DNA from: Nannocystis bainbridge
Lineage (GTDB): Bacteria > Myxococcota_A > Polyangia > Nannocystales > Nannocystaceae
Length of the DNA: 64,000 nucleotides
Direction of reading: 5' to 3'
Assembly: GCF_028368995.1 (NCBI RefSeq)
Contig: NZ_JAQNDL010000001.1
Coordinates: forward strand, 2,208,001-2,272,000
The first letter of the stretch is position 1, and each line of letters starts with the position of its first letter. This document shows, piece after piece, positions 29,583 to 38,251 of this stretch. The notes under the pieces were generated by a model, which was not told where the DNA came from, made no database searches, and saw only the letters and a program-made list of their open reading frames with translations. The position numbers were made by a program, and so were the translations under genes.

Positions 29583-30056
29583 CACCGCTGTCACATTCGC
29601 GGTGGCAGAGGTCGGTATTTTAAGTTCGCGCCATCGTCGAGGGCGGGCGCGTCGCCCGGACACATGCCCGAGACGGCCGGCGAACCGACCGCCGCGGGGT
29701 TTCATTAAGTCAGCGCAAGCAGCTTCTTCTGCAGCCTGCGGACCGAGCGCGGCGCCGTCATCAGGTAGTACACGCCGGTCAGCACGTAGAGGGGCAGCTT
29801 GGAAGCATTGGGGGGGGTCATGGCACGTTCTCCGCGATAAGGTCTGCGTCTTTGTAGCGGCGGGGGGCCGCGTGTCGGATCACTCGATGTCCGACACCGT
29901 TTCGATCTCGCACATCTCGGTGCTCTCTTGCAGATCACGCACCGAGATGGCGATCCGACCTCTGCGAAACGCATCGCATTCCTGTGAGATTCCGTCGCGA
30001 CAATTTGTCCGCCCGCGGTGACGGACGGCGCCGCTGGCGGCCAATTTATCTGGCTG

Positions 30057-31469
30057 TCAGGACATGCTCGGAGAGACAGGTACTCGCGGGCGCCCGGGGA
30101 ACATCGCTTCGACCTCGCGCGCGACCGCCAGCACCCGATCCTCGCGGCCGAGCGGGCCGACCAGCTGGACCGCGATCGGCAGGCCCTCGCGGGAGCTCGC
30201 CACCGGCAGCGCCACCGCCGGCTGACCGGTGACGTTGAACGGCGCCGTGAACGCCCCGTAGACCGCGTAGGCGCGGAACACCGCCTCGCCGTCGGGTCCG
30301 CGCCACGCCCCGATCGGCGGCGGAGGTCCCACCACTGCGGGCGTCAGCACCAACTCGGCGTCACCGACCCACGCCAGCACCCGCTCGCGCAGCGCCTCGA
30401 ACGCCGCGTGGGCCAGCGCCGGCGAGTTGCGGCGACCGGCCTCGACGAGCCAGCGCGTCGCCGGCTGCAGCCGGTCCGCCCGCACCCACGGCACCTCGGA
30501 CAGGAGGCGCTGGTAGATCGGCAAGAAATCGTCGACCGACCCCCGCGCCATCTCGACCTCCTCGACGCGGTGGCCCGCGCCGGCGAGCGCCTCGCCGACG
30601 GACCGCGTCGCCGCGGCCCACTCTGGCGCGGCGGCGGCCAGCGGCGAGTCGACCGCCAGCTTGATCCGCAGGCGCGGCGACGGCTCCAGCATCTGTCCGT
30701 AAGGACATGGCGGAGGGGACAGCCAGTGCGGCCGCCCGACGGTGAGCCCGGCCATCACGTCGAGCAGCGCCGTCGCGTCGGCGACCGAGCGCGCCAGCGG
30801 CCCGCAGGTGTAGAGCAGCGTGCGGTCGTCGCGACCGAACGCGTTGGCGACCCGCCCGCGCGACGGCTTGAGGCCGACGAGGCCGCAGAACGCGGAGGGG
30901 ATCCGGATCGAGCCGGCGCCGTCGCTGCCCTGGGCCCACGGCAGCAGGCCAGCGGCGACCGCCGCGCCCGAGCCCCCGCTCGAGCCGCCGGCCGTGCGCG
31001 CCGGGTCCCACGGGTTGCGCGTCGGCGGGTGCGTGTCAGGCTCCGTCACCGGCAGCGCCCCGAGCTCCGACGTCGCCAGCTTGCCGAGCACCACGAGGCC
31101 CGCCGCGCGCAGCTTGGCCACCGTCGCGTCGTCGATCGGCGAGTACAGCGGCAGCACCCCGCGCGAGCCCATGCGGGTCCGCGAGCCGCGGACGAAATTG
31201 AGGTCCTTGACGCCGATCGGCACCCCGAGCAGGGGCGGGACCGAGTCGAGCGCGCCGCGCCGCGCCGCGCGGTCGAGCGCATCGTCGGCGGCCCGGGCCG
31301 CTCGCCGCGCCCGCGCGTCGAACACCGACACGAAGGCCGACAGCGCGGGGTTGTGCGCGGCGATACGGTCCAGGTACAGCGCGACGAGCTCCTGGCTGCG
31401 GATCTCGCGGCGCCGCAACAGGCGCGCCTGTTCCAGGCCAGACACGTGGAGGAGCTCGGCGAGCGACAT
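30057..31469 (-). CDS. Amidase signature family enzyme
   Basis: GVPIGVKDL, TRNPW..RTAGGSSGGSGAAVAAG, GSDGAGSIRIPS, GLKPSRGRV, FTAPFNVTGQPA. Confidence 0.92.
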   Translation of the reverse strand: MSLAELLHVSGLEQARLLRRREIRSQELVALYLDRIAAHNPALSAFVSVFDARARRAARAADDALDRAARRGALDSVPPLLGVPIGVKDLNFVRGSRTRMGSRGVLPLYSPIDDATVAKLRAAGLVVLGKLATSELGALPVTEPDTHPPTRNPWDPARTAGGSSGGSGAAVAAGLLPWAQGSDGAGSIRIPSAFCGLVGLKPSRGRVANAFGRDDRTLLYTCGPLARSVADATALLDVMAGLTVGRPHWLSPPPCPYGQMLEPSPRLRIKLAVDSPLAAAAPEWAAATRSVGEALAGAGHRVEEVEMARGSVDDFLPIYQRLLSEVPWVRADRLQPATRWLVEAGRRNSPALAHAAFEALRERVLAWVGDAELVLTPAVVGPPPPIGAWRGPDGEAVFRAYAVYGAFTAPFNVTGQPAVALPVASSREGLPIAVQLVGPLGREDRVLAVAREVEAMFPGRPRVPVSPSMS

Positions 31470-31611
31470 CGGCCGCGCAGTCTTGCGCCGCCGGTCGCCG
31501 CGAAGCAAGCCCCGAACCTCGCGGAAGCGAGCCCCAGAGCCCCTCCGAGCGGCCATTGTGCTCCCGACGCGGCTTGGGTTAGCGTGACCACGGGGAACGG
31601 GGAGGGCACCG

Positions 31612-31842
31612 ATGGTCCCGCGTGGGGATAGGAAAAGCGCGAAGCCTCGCTCAGACAACGCCGCGGCGCTCGACCTGCTCACGGTCGACGAGGTCGCGAC
31701 CATGCTCAAGACCAGCCGCAAGGCCATCTATCACCGCATCAGCCGCGGCCAGATCCCGTCTGTGAGGCTCGGACGCAGCGTCTTCATCCGCCGCAGCGAC
31801 CTCGCCGCCTGCCTCGTGCCCGGCGCCTTCAACGACCCCTGA
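31612..31842 (+). CDS. Small HTH_17 / excisionase-like DNA-binding protein
   Basis: LLTVDEVATMLKTSRKAIYHRISRGQIPSVRLGRSVFIRRSDL. Confidence 0.85.
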   Translation: MVPRGDRKSAKPRSDNAAALDLLTVDEVATMLKTSRKAIYHRISRGQIPSVRLGRSVFIRRSDLAACLVPGAFNDP

Positions 31843-31894
31843 GCAGCCCACCACGCGGCGCGCCAGGGCCTCCCCCACGCCCCTGGCGCGCGCC

Positions 31895-33505
31895 TCACTT
31901 GCCGCGGGTCAGGTGCAGGCGGACCACCTGCAGCGTCGCCGTGAAGCCGCCGCAGCTGTCGCCCGCGCACACCTGCCACGCGCCCGGGGCCGCCGAGCCG
32001 GCCAGGCTCGCCAGATCGGGCCCGACCGCCGCGCCCGGGTTCGGCGTGTAGCTGCAGGCGCCGTCGTCCTCGCAGATCACGCCGTCGGTGCCGAGGCCGT
32101 CGCCCATCAGCTCCGCGTCCTTCGGGCCCGCGAGGCTGAACATCAGCGGCGCCGTCGCGGCGAGGTTGGAGCTGTCACCGCTGCAGCCCGAGCCGTCGTC
32201 GGTCGCCTCGGCGAGGCCCGGGCGGCTGACCAGCGTCACCGTCTCCGCCGCCGGCGACAGCAGCTTGATCGTCAGGTCGCCCGCGTAGCCGGTGTCGATC
32301 CCGACCTCGACCTCCACCCCCGCGACCACGTCGAACTCCGACGGCGGCACCATCAGCGTCGCGCAGGCCATCGTCGCCGGCGTGCCGTCGTAAGCCCCGT
32401 CCGCGAGCGCCATGCCGAGGTCGACCTCGGCGAACACCTCGACCTCGGTCGCGCCGGGGCAGTCCTCCGGATCGACCACCATCTCCGGGCACAGCGGCTC
32501 GAGCGCCTTCTGCAGCGCCGCCGCGTCCTTGTCGTCAGCCTCGGTCAGCGCCGCGCCGAGGTGCCCCAGCATCGCCACGAAGTCCGCCGAAGTGATCGGC
32601 GCCCCGCCCAGCATCTCGTTGCTGACCCCCATGTGCGCCGGCTGCATCGCCCGACACGGCGCCGCCGCGCTCACCCCCGGCTCGACGCCCGCCGGCGCAT
32701 CGACCTCGGAGCCGTAGACCGCCGGCCCGTCGACGTCCGCCAGCTGCCTCACGAGACATGTCCCAAGGCGCACGTCGTCGACCCCGGCGAAGAACCCCGA
32801 CAGCGCCGCGTCGCCCGTCACGCTCGCCAGCCACGCGCCCGTCACCGCCTGCAGCCCCGGCTTGCGACCGAGGCGCTGGTACAGCGTCGCGTCGTCGCCG
32901 GGATCCTCGACCACCTCGCCGGCCAGCGCCGTCAGCGAGTCGAGCAGCGCCGCCCGGTCGGCCTCGGTCAGCTCCTGGCCCGGCCCGGCCTGGTGGGCGT
33001 CGAGCGCCGTCGCCACGTCGGCCACGAAGTCGGCGAAATCGATCGCCGACACCCCGAGCCCCGCGTGGGCCGACTGCATGCCCTTGCACGTGTAGGTCGC
33101 GCCCGGGCAGCCCGCGAGCGTCGCCAGTTGGTCGACCAGGCAGCCGAGGAAGCGGCCGCCGTCGAACTCCGCGTTGAGGAAATAGGCGTTGATGCGGTCG
33201 TCGGCGACCACCTGGCCGGCGATCGCCACCGCCAGCGCCTCGGCCCCGTCCGGCCCGCCGAGGCGCGTGCAAAGCCCGTCGTCGATCGGCCCGGTGGTCG
33301 TCCCGACCGTCGGCTCGCCCGTGCTCGTCTCGCTCGTGACCGTGCCGGTGCTCGTCGTCAGCGGCGGCGTCGTCGTCGAAGCCGTGGTCTCACCGCCGGT
33401 CGTCGCCTCGCTCGAGGTCGTCGGCTGCCCGGTCGGCTGGGCCACGTCGTCGGCGCAGCCGGCGGCCAGCGCGAGTGCGAGGGCGAGCCCAGGCTTGGTC
33501 CGCAT
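31895..33505 (-). CDS. Lipoprotein with two group-1 truncated globin domains and a C-terminal proprotein-convertase P-domain-like module
   Basis: Lipobox LAAGC; domain 1 LCTRLGG..ADDRINAYF..MQSAHAGLGVS..DF; domain 2 LYQRLG..GFF..MQPAH..ITSADF; C-terminal VEVGIDTGYAGDLTIKLLSP..GAWQV. Confidence 0.8.
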   Translation of the reverse strand: MRTKPGLALALALAAGCADDVAQPTGQPTTSSEATTGGETTASTTTPPLTTSTGTVTSETSTGEPTVGTTTGPIDDGLCTRLGGPDGAEALAVAIAGQVVADDRINAYFLNAEFDGGRFLGCLVDQLATLAGCPGATYTCKGMQSAHAGLGVSAIDFADFVADVATALDAHQAGPGQELTEADRAALLDSLTALAGEVVEDPGDDATLYQRLGRKPGLQAVTGAWLASVTGDAALSGFFAGVDDVRLGTCLVRQLADVDGPAVYGSEVDAPAGVEPGVSAAAPCRAMQPAHMGVSNEMLGGAPITSADFVAMLGHLGAALTEADDKDAAALQKALEPLCPEMVVDPEDCPGATEVEVFAEVDLGMALADGAYDGTPATMACATLMVPPSEFDVVAGVEVEVGIDTGYAGDLTIKLLSPAAETVTLVSRPGLAEATDDGSGCSGDSSNLAATAPLMFSLAGPKDAELMGDGLGTDGVICEDDGACSYTPNPGAAVGPDLASLAGSAAPGAWQVCAGDSCGGFTATLQVVRLHLTRGK

Positions 33506-33622
33506 CTCCGCATCTAAGCACGAAGGCCGGGCGCGCGCCGCCGGCAAACCGTTCGCGCCGGGCCCATGCGCTGCCGGACCACGCCGCACTCCCGCATCCT
33601 CCCCGACGTCGGGTCGGGCCCG

Positions 33623-34435
33623 TCAGCCGGTCGCCACCAGCAGCGGCGCCGACGCCCGCGAGCGTTCGCGGCGCATGTCGCGGAACACCAGCGCGTAGCG
33701 GGCCCGGTCGGCGTGCACCCGCAGCCACGCGTCGAGGCTCGGCTGCGCGTGCGCGTCGAGCATCTGCCGCATCGCCGCGACCACGCTCTCGTGCAGCTCG
33801 GGCGGCGTCAGCGTGCCGTCCATGTAGCGGACCAGCGCCGGCGCCCGGGCGGCGCTCTGCTCGCGCAGGCCCTGCCACTTGTCGCTCGTGAACTCGACCG
33901 ACGAGTCGCAGTGGTCGGCGGCCAGGCGCGCCATCTGGGCCCAGTCACCCTCCTCCGCGAGCCGCCGGATCTGCGCCCCGATCAGCCCGAACACCTCCGG
34001 GTGGATCGCCAGGATCTCGTGCGTCGGCTCGGCCGACAGCCACGCGTCGGGCTCCTCGACGAACACCGCCCCGACCAGGCCGGAGGCCAGCGGCAGGGCG
34101 CAGGTCAGGTGCTGCAGCCCGAACGAGATGGCCCGCCAGCGGTCGCGGATCTCGTGCTGCCACAGCGTGTTGACCAGCGGCGCCAGCTGATCGGGCGCGG
34201 CCATCATCCGCGCCACTCGCCGCTGCGGGCTCCCGATCGTCGGTCGGTAGGCCTCGAGCACGCGCGGCTGGGTGAACAGCAGGCGCCACTCACCGCTCAG
34301 CAGCTCGACGCGACGAAAGTCGCGGCCGATCAGGTCCAGGACCTGATCGCGGCTGGCCGTGGCCAGCTGGTGCAGCAGAACGTCCTCGATGTCGAGGTAG
34401 CGCTCGCTGCGTATGAGGTACGCGTGGCAGCGCAA
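33623..34435 (-). CDS. Hypothetical protein (about 270 aa)
   Basis: Coding-like segment from TTG at 34435 (MRCHAYLIRSERYLDIEDVLL...). Start uncertain. Confidence 0.65.
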   Translation of the reverse strand: MRCHAYLIRSERYLDIEDVLLHQLATASRDQVLDLIGRDFRRVELLSGEWRLLFTQPRVLEAYRPTIGSPQRRVARMMAAPDQLAPLVNTLWQHEIRDRWRAISFGLQHLTCALPLASGLVGAVFVEEPDAWLSAEPTHEILAIHPEVFGLIGAQIRRLAEEGDWAQMARLAADHCDSSVEFTSDKWQGLREQSAARAPALVRYMDGTLTPPELHESVVAAMRQMLDAHAQPSLDAWLRVHADRARYALVFRDMRRERSRASAPLLVATG

Positions 34436-34694
34436 GGCGCAGACGCTACCAGATTTGCCGCCCGACCTCAGCAGGAGACCCCGACCGGTCGAGAAAACTC
34501 CGGCCGCGGCCCGGTCGCTCGCCGTGGTTTTGCCGCCGAACGCCGCCACCGGCCTCGCAGCGGCCTTACGGGCCCGCGGGGACTCGAGCCCTCGCGCCTC
34601 GCTCCGGCCGCCATTCCACGGATCCGGCCGGTCAAAACGAGCCCGGGAGATCGCACATCCGCGCATCACCCCCCACCGCGGCGGCGCCGCCCCG

Positions 34695-34968
34695 CCTGTC
34701 CGAACGGACATGCCCCGAACCCGCGGCCGCCACACTCGTGCAATGGGACACACGTCCCGCGAGACATGGGCTCGCCCGCGCGGCCTCGTGCATCTTGCTC
34801 TCGGGACATGTCCCATTCGCCATGTTTTTTAAGACTTCCGCAGCATCGACGACATGTCCTTCACGACATGTCCATTCTGCCATCTGACCGCACTCCTGCC
34901 TCGTGCCGCCCCGCGACGCGACCCCGGAGCGCACCGCCTGTCCCGAGGCACATGTCCCAAACGCCAGA
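34695..34968. repeat. Cluster of five short 14-bp-phased arrays in a divergent promoter region
   Basis: Cores at 34695/34709, 34737/34751/34765, 34807/34821, 34853/34867/34881, 34937/34951/34965. Perfect TGTCCGAACGGACA at 34697. Confidence 0.85.
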
Positions 34969-35202
34969 TCCCCGGGCCCGCCGGCGCGCTCGCGCGCGAT
35001 CGTTCGCCGCGACACCGTGCAGCCGGCGGCACCGGGGCGAAAAGTCACTCCTCCCCGCCCCTGCCCCGCGAGCCGCCGCCACGCCCCTCTGCGGGCCTCC
35101 GTGACAATTTGCGCGGAATCGCGCGGCGAGGGCCCGTGCGTACCCGGGAGCACCCGGGCCCGCGTCGGGGGCGGCCCCGCGATATCCTCCGCTCCTCGCC
35201 AC

Positions 35203-36891
35203 ATGATCCAGCTCCACTCCGATCCCGCCATCGCCGAGCAGCAGATCGAGGCCCTGATCTTCTACCTCACGACCCTCGGCTACATCGACACCGAGTTCGA
35301 CATCCGCGAGAAGGCGTTCGTGCGGGCCTTCCTGCGCGAGCTGGTGACGGCGCGCATCGACGAGGGCGGCCCGCTCGACGCCGAGCTGCGGTTCGAGCGG
35401 ATCGAGAACCAGCACGAGCACTACCTCCAGCGGTTCCAGGAGATCGATCGCGAGATCAAGAGCCTGCTGACCGAGGCCGTCGCCGACGGCGAGGACCCGC
35501 AGCGGTTCGTCGTCTCGCAGCTCAAGCTGCGCTGCTTCGAGATGTTCCAGGGGCTCGACGAGGCGGGCCGGCAGCACCTGCTCGAGGTCGTCGACCGCTT
35601 CATCGAGGCCGACGGCCAGGTCCACCCGGACGAGGCCTCGTTCCGCAACGACCTCGCCGAGCTGCTCGGCGCCGAGCTGATCCTCGACGACAGCGCGCTC
35701 GAGAGCGTCAGCATCGAAGTCAAGGACCCGATCCAGCTGAGCGTGCCGGCGCAGGACAACCACCCGTTCTTCGCCAAGTTCGAGTACCACTACTCCGCCG
35801 ACCCGAGTCAGCTGCAGCGGCAGTTCGCCGTCGACCTCGCGCTGCTCGACAAGGTCGAGGAGAAGTGGGAGGAGTACCGCGTCCGCGGCCGCGGCCGGCT
35901 CGAGGGTCACGCCAGCGTGGCCGACTTCGCCGGAGGCGACGAGTTCCTCGACGAGCACGTCTACGTCCTCCCGGCCAAACCCGGCCGCCACTACGAGCTC
36001 ATCGTGCTCGGCGACCTGCACGGCTGCTACTCGTGCCTCAAGGCCGCCGTCCACCAGAGCAACTTCTTCGAGAAGGTCCGCCGCTTCAAGGCCGACCCCG
36101 AAAACAACCCCGACGTCCGCCTGGTCCTGCTCGGCGACTACATCGACCGCGGACGCTTCAGCTACAACGGCGTCCTGCGCACGATCTTGAACCTGTTCCT
36201 CGCCGCACCCGACCACGTGTTCGTGCTGCGCGGCAACCACGAGTACTACATCGAGTACCAGGGCAAGGTGTACGGCGGCGTGCGCCCGGCCGAGGCGATC
36301 AACACCCTCACCCCGCACCTCGGCGCCGACGTGTTCGGCCGCTTCCTCGACTTCTTCGACGCCATGCCGAACATGCTGCTGTTCGACCAGATGCTGTTCG
36401 TGCACGCCGGCATCCCGCGTGACAGCCTGGTGGCCGAGAAGTGGACCGACCTGGCGTCGCTGAACCGCGAGGACATTCGCTTCCAGATGCTGTGGAGCGA
36501 CCCGAGCAGGGCCGACATGGTCCCCGACGAGCTGCAAAAGGCCTCCGCCCGGTTCGCCTTCGGCCGCCTGCAGTTCCGCAAGTTCATGCAGCGGATCGGC
36601 TGCAACGTGCTGGTGCGCGGCCACGAGAAGGTCAACGCCGGCTTCAAGAACCACTACGGCGACGCCGACATCCGCCTGTTCACCCTGTTCTCCGCCGGCG
36701 GCGTCAACAACGACGACCTGCCGCAGGACAGCAACTACCGCGACGTCCGGCCGATGGCGCTCACCGTCACCAGCAAGGACGGCCTCGTCGAGGCCGTCCC
36801 GTGGGCCATCGACTACGACCGCTACCAGGACCCGCAGCGCAACAACTTCTTCAGCAGCGCCCCCGAGATCGACATCACCCCGCACGGGTGA
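35203..36891 (+). CDS. PPP-family Ser/Thr protein phosphatase with TerB-like N-terminal helical domain
   Basis: GDLHG, GDYIDRG, RGNHE, VHAG, LWSDP, VRGHE, TLFSA; N-terminal GYIDTEFDIREK and EADGQVHPDE resemble TerB-like motifs. Confidence 0.85.
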   Translation: MIQLHSDPAIAEQQIEALIFYLTTLGYIDTEFDIREKAFVRAFLRELVTARIDEGGPLDAELRFERIENQHEHYLQRFQEIDREIKSLLTEAVADGEDPQRFVVSQLKLRCFEMFQGLDEAGRQHLLEVVDRFIEADGQVHPDEASFRNDLAELLGAELILDDSALESVSIEVKDPIQLSVPAQDNHPFFAKFEYHYSADPSQLQRQFAVDLALLDKVEEKWEEYRVRGRGRLEGHASVADFAGGDEFLDEHVYVLPAKPGRHYELIVLGDLHGCYSCLKAAVHQSNFFEKVRRFKADPENNPDVRLVLLGDYIDRGRFSYNGVLRTILNLFLAAPDHVFVLRGNHEYYIEYQGKVYGGVRPAEAINTLTPHLGADVFGRFLDFFDAMPNMLLFDQMLFVHAGIPRDSLVAEKWTDLASLNREDIRFQMLWSDPSRADMVPDELQKASARFAFGRLQFRKFMQRIGCNVLVRGHEKVNAGFKNHYGDADIRLFTLFSAGGVNNDDLPQDSNYRDVRPMALTVTSKDGLVEAVPWAIDYDRYQDPQRNNFFSSAPEIDITPHG

Positions 36892-36895
36892 GCGG

Positions 36896-37663
36896 TCACG
36901 GGCCGGTGACCGTGTCGCCGGCGCAGTTGATCGTGACCTCGAGCGGCAGGTCGTTCGGGTCGTCGACGCGGACCGCCGCGAACGTCGACCCGTCGAGGGA
37001 CGACATGAGCGGGCTCAGCAGGTCGCCCGTGATCGCCCCGCAGTAAAAATCGTCTGTGAAGACGGCGCTGGTCATGGTGAGCGCGGCGACGATGTCGCCC
37101 CCGGTGATCGGGTTGGCCGCGCCGGAGACGAACACCTCGCCGAGGTCGAGCACGAACACCCCGTCCTCGACCACGACCGCCTCGAACACCAGCGCCTCGC
37201 CGACCGGCGTGCGCGGCTTCGTCACCTGGCCCTGATCCAGCGCCAGCGGCTGCAGCTCGGTGCGCAGCAGCAGCTGGCCGCCCTGACCGGTCCAGGTGTT
37301 GGAGGCGAGGAACTGGACCGGCAGCTCGGGAGAGATGATGGTCGACACCGCCAGCAAGTACCGCCCCGACTGCTCCGGCAGGTCGTCCGTGGTCGTGTCC
37401 GGGAGCGTCGGGTCGCCGGTGTCGAGCGCCGTCGTCGAGGTCGGCAGCGAAGTCGTCGAGGTCGAGGTCGAGGTCGTGCCCGGAGCGGGCGGCGGATCCA
37501 CGGGCGGATCCACGGGCGGATCCACGGTCGACCCACCGGTCGACCCGCTCGCCTCGCCGGTGCCGCCCAGCGTCGCGCTGTCGAGCGGGTCGCGGTCGGT
37601 GCAGGCAGAGGTCGCTATCACCAGGGAGATCAGGGCGCACAGGCGCGGCGCAAGCAAAGCCAT
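36896..37663 (-). CDS. Hypothetical lipoprotein with Pro/Thr-rich linker
   Basis: Lipobox TSAC, (VDPP)3 and Thr stalk, beta-rich C-terminal domain. Confidence 0.75.
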   Translation of the reverse strand: MALLAPRLCALISLVIATSACTDRDPLDSATLGGTGEASGSTGGSTVDPPVDPPVDPPPAPGTTSTSTSTTSLPTSTTALDTGDPTLPDTTTDDLPEQSGRYLLAVSTIISPELPVQFLASNTWTGQGGQLLLRTELQPLALDQGQVTKPRTPVGEALVFEAVVVEDGVFVLDLGEVFVSGAANPITGGDIVAALTMTSAVFTDDFYCGAITGDLLSPLMSSLDGSTFAAVRVDDPNDLPLEVTINCAGDTVTGP

Positions 37664-38251
37664 GTCTGCGGCAATATCAACAAGGGCGGCCGCGCGCAAG
37701 CGATCGCCCGCGCCGCCCCCCGCAGCGCCGCCTCCGCGCCGGCCGAGACGTGGTCGCCCGCTGGTCTTCGACATGTCTCTCGGACCAGATCACGTCCGCG
37801 CCGTCCATCGGCCCCCGGGTCGGGCATCGCAGCCCCGCGACTGGCACGAATCCCCGGCCCGAAATCATGGCCCGCCCACTCCTTCGATTCGCCCGGGCCC
37901 GCCCGCGAGCCGGGCGCCCTCGGGCGCCCACGGGCGACCTCGTGGCGGCCGACGGGCGCCGCGAGTCGGCTCGCCCGGGTCGCCGTTCCTCGCCCGAACC
38001 GGCAAAGATCACCGCTCGCCGTTCGCCGAGAATGCGCGGACCTGCCGTCGCCGGCGAATCATCATACCGGTGACGTGCGACACCCGTCACCCGGCTGCAT
38101 ACGCAATGGACACCGACCTTATGGCGGTGTTCGGCCCACACCTCGGCGGGCCGACGACCCCACGCGGGGTTACCCGTGTTCCTGTGTCCAGAGCCGTTTC
38201 CGACCCGTAGCTTGCGTATCTTCGCATTCCGATCCTAGCCTTGGGTCGTCG

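Noticed and set aside
29874-29960. Retron msr/msd (myxobacteria carry msDNA)
   Set aside because: No reverse transcriptase gene in the window.
31612-31842. Prophage or ICE suggested by the excisionase-like gene
   Set aside because: No integrase, att repeats, tRNA or phage genes in the window.
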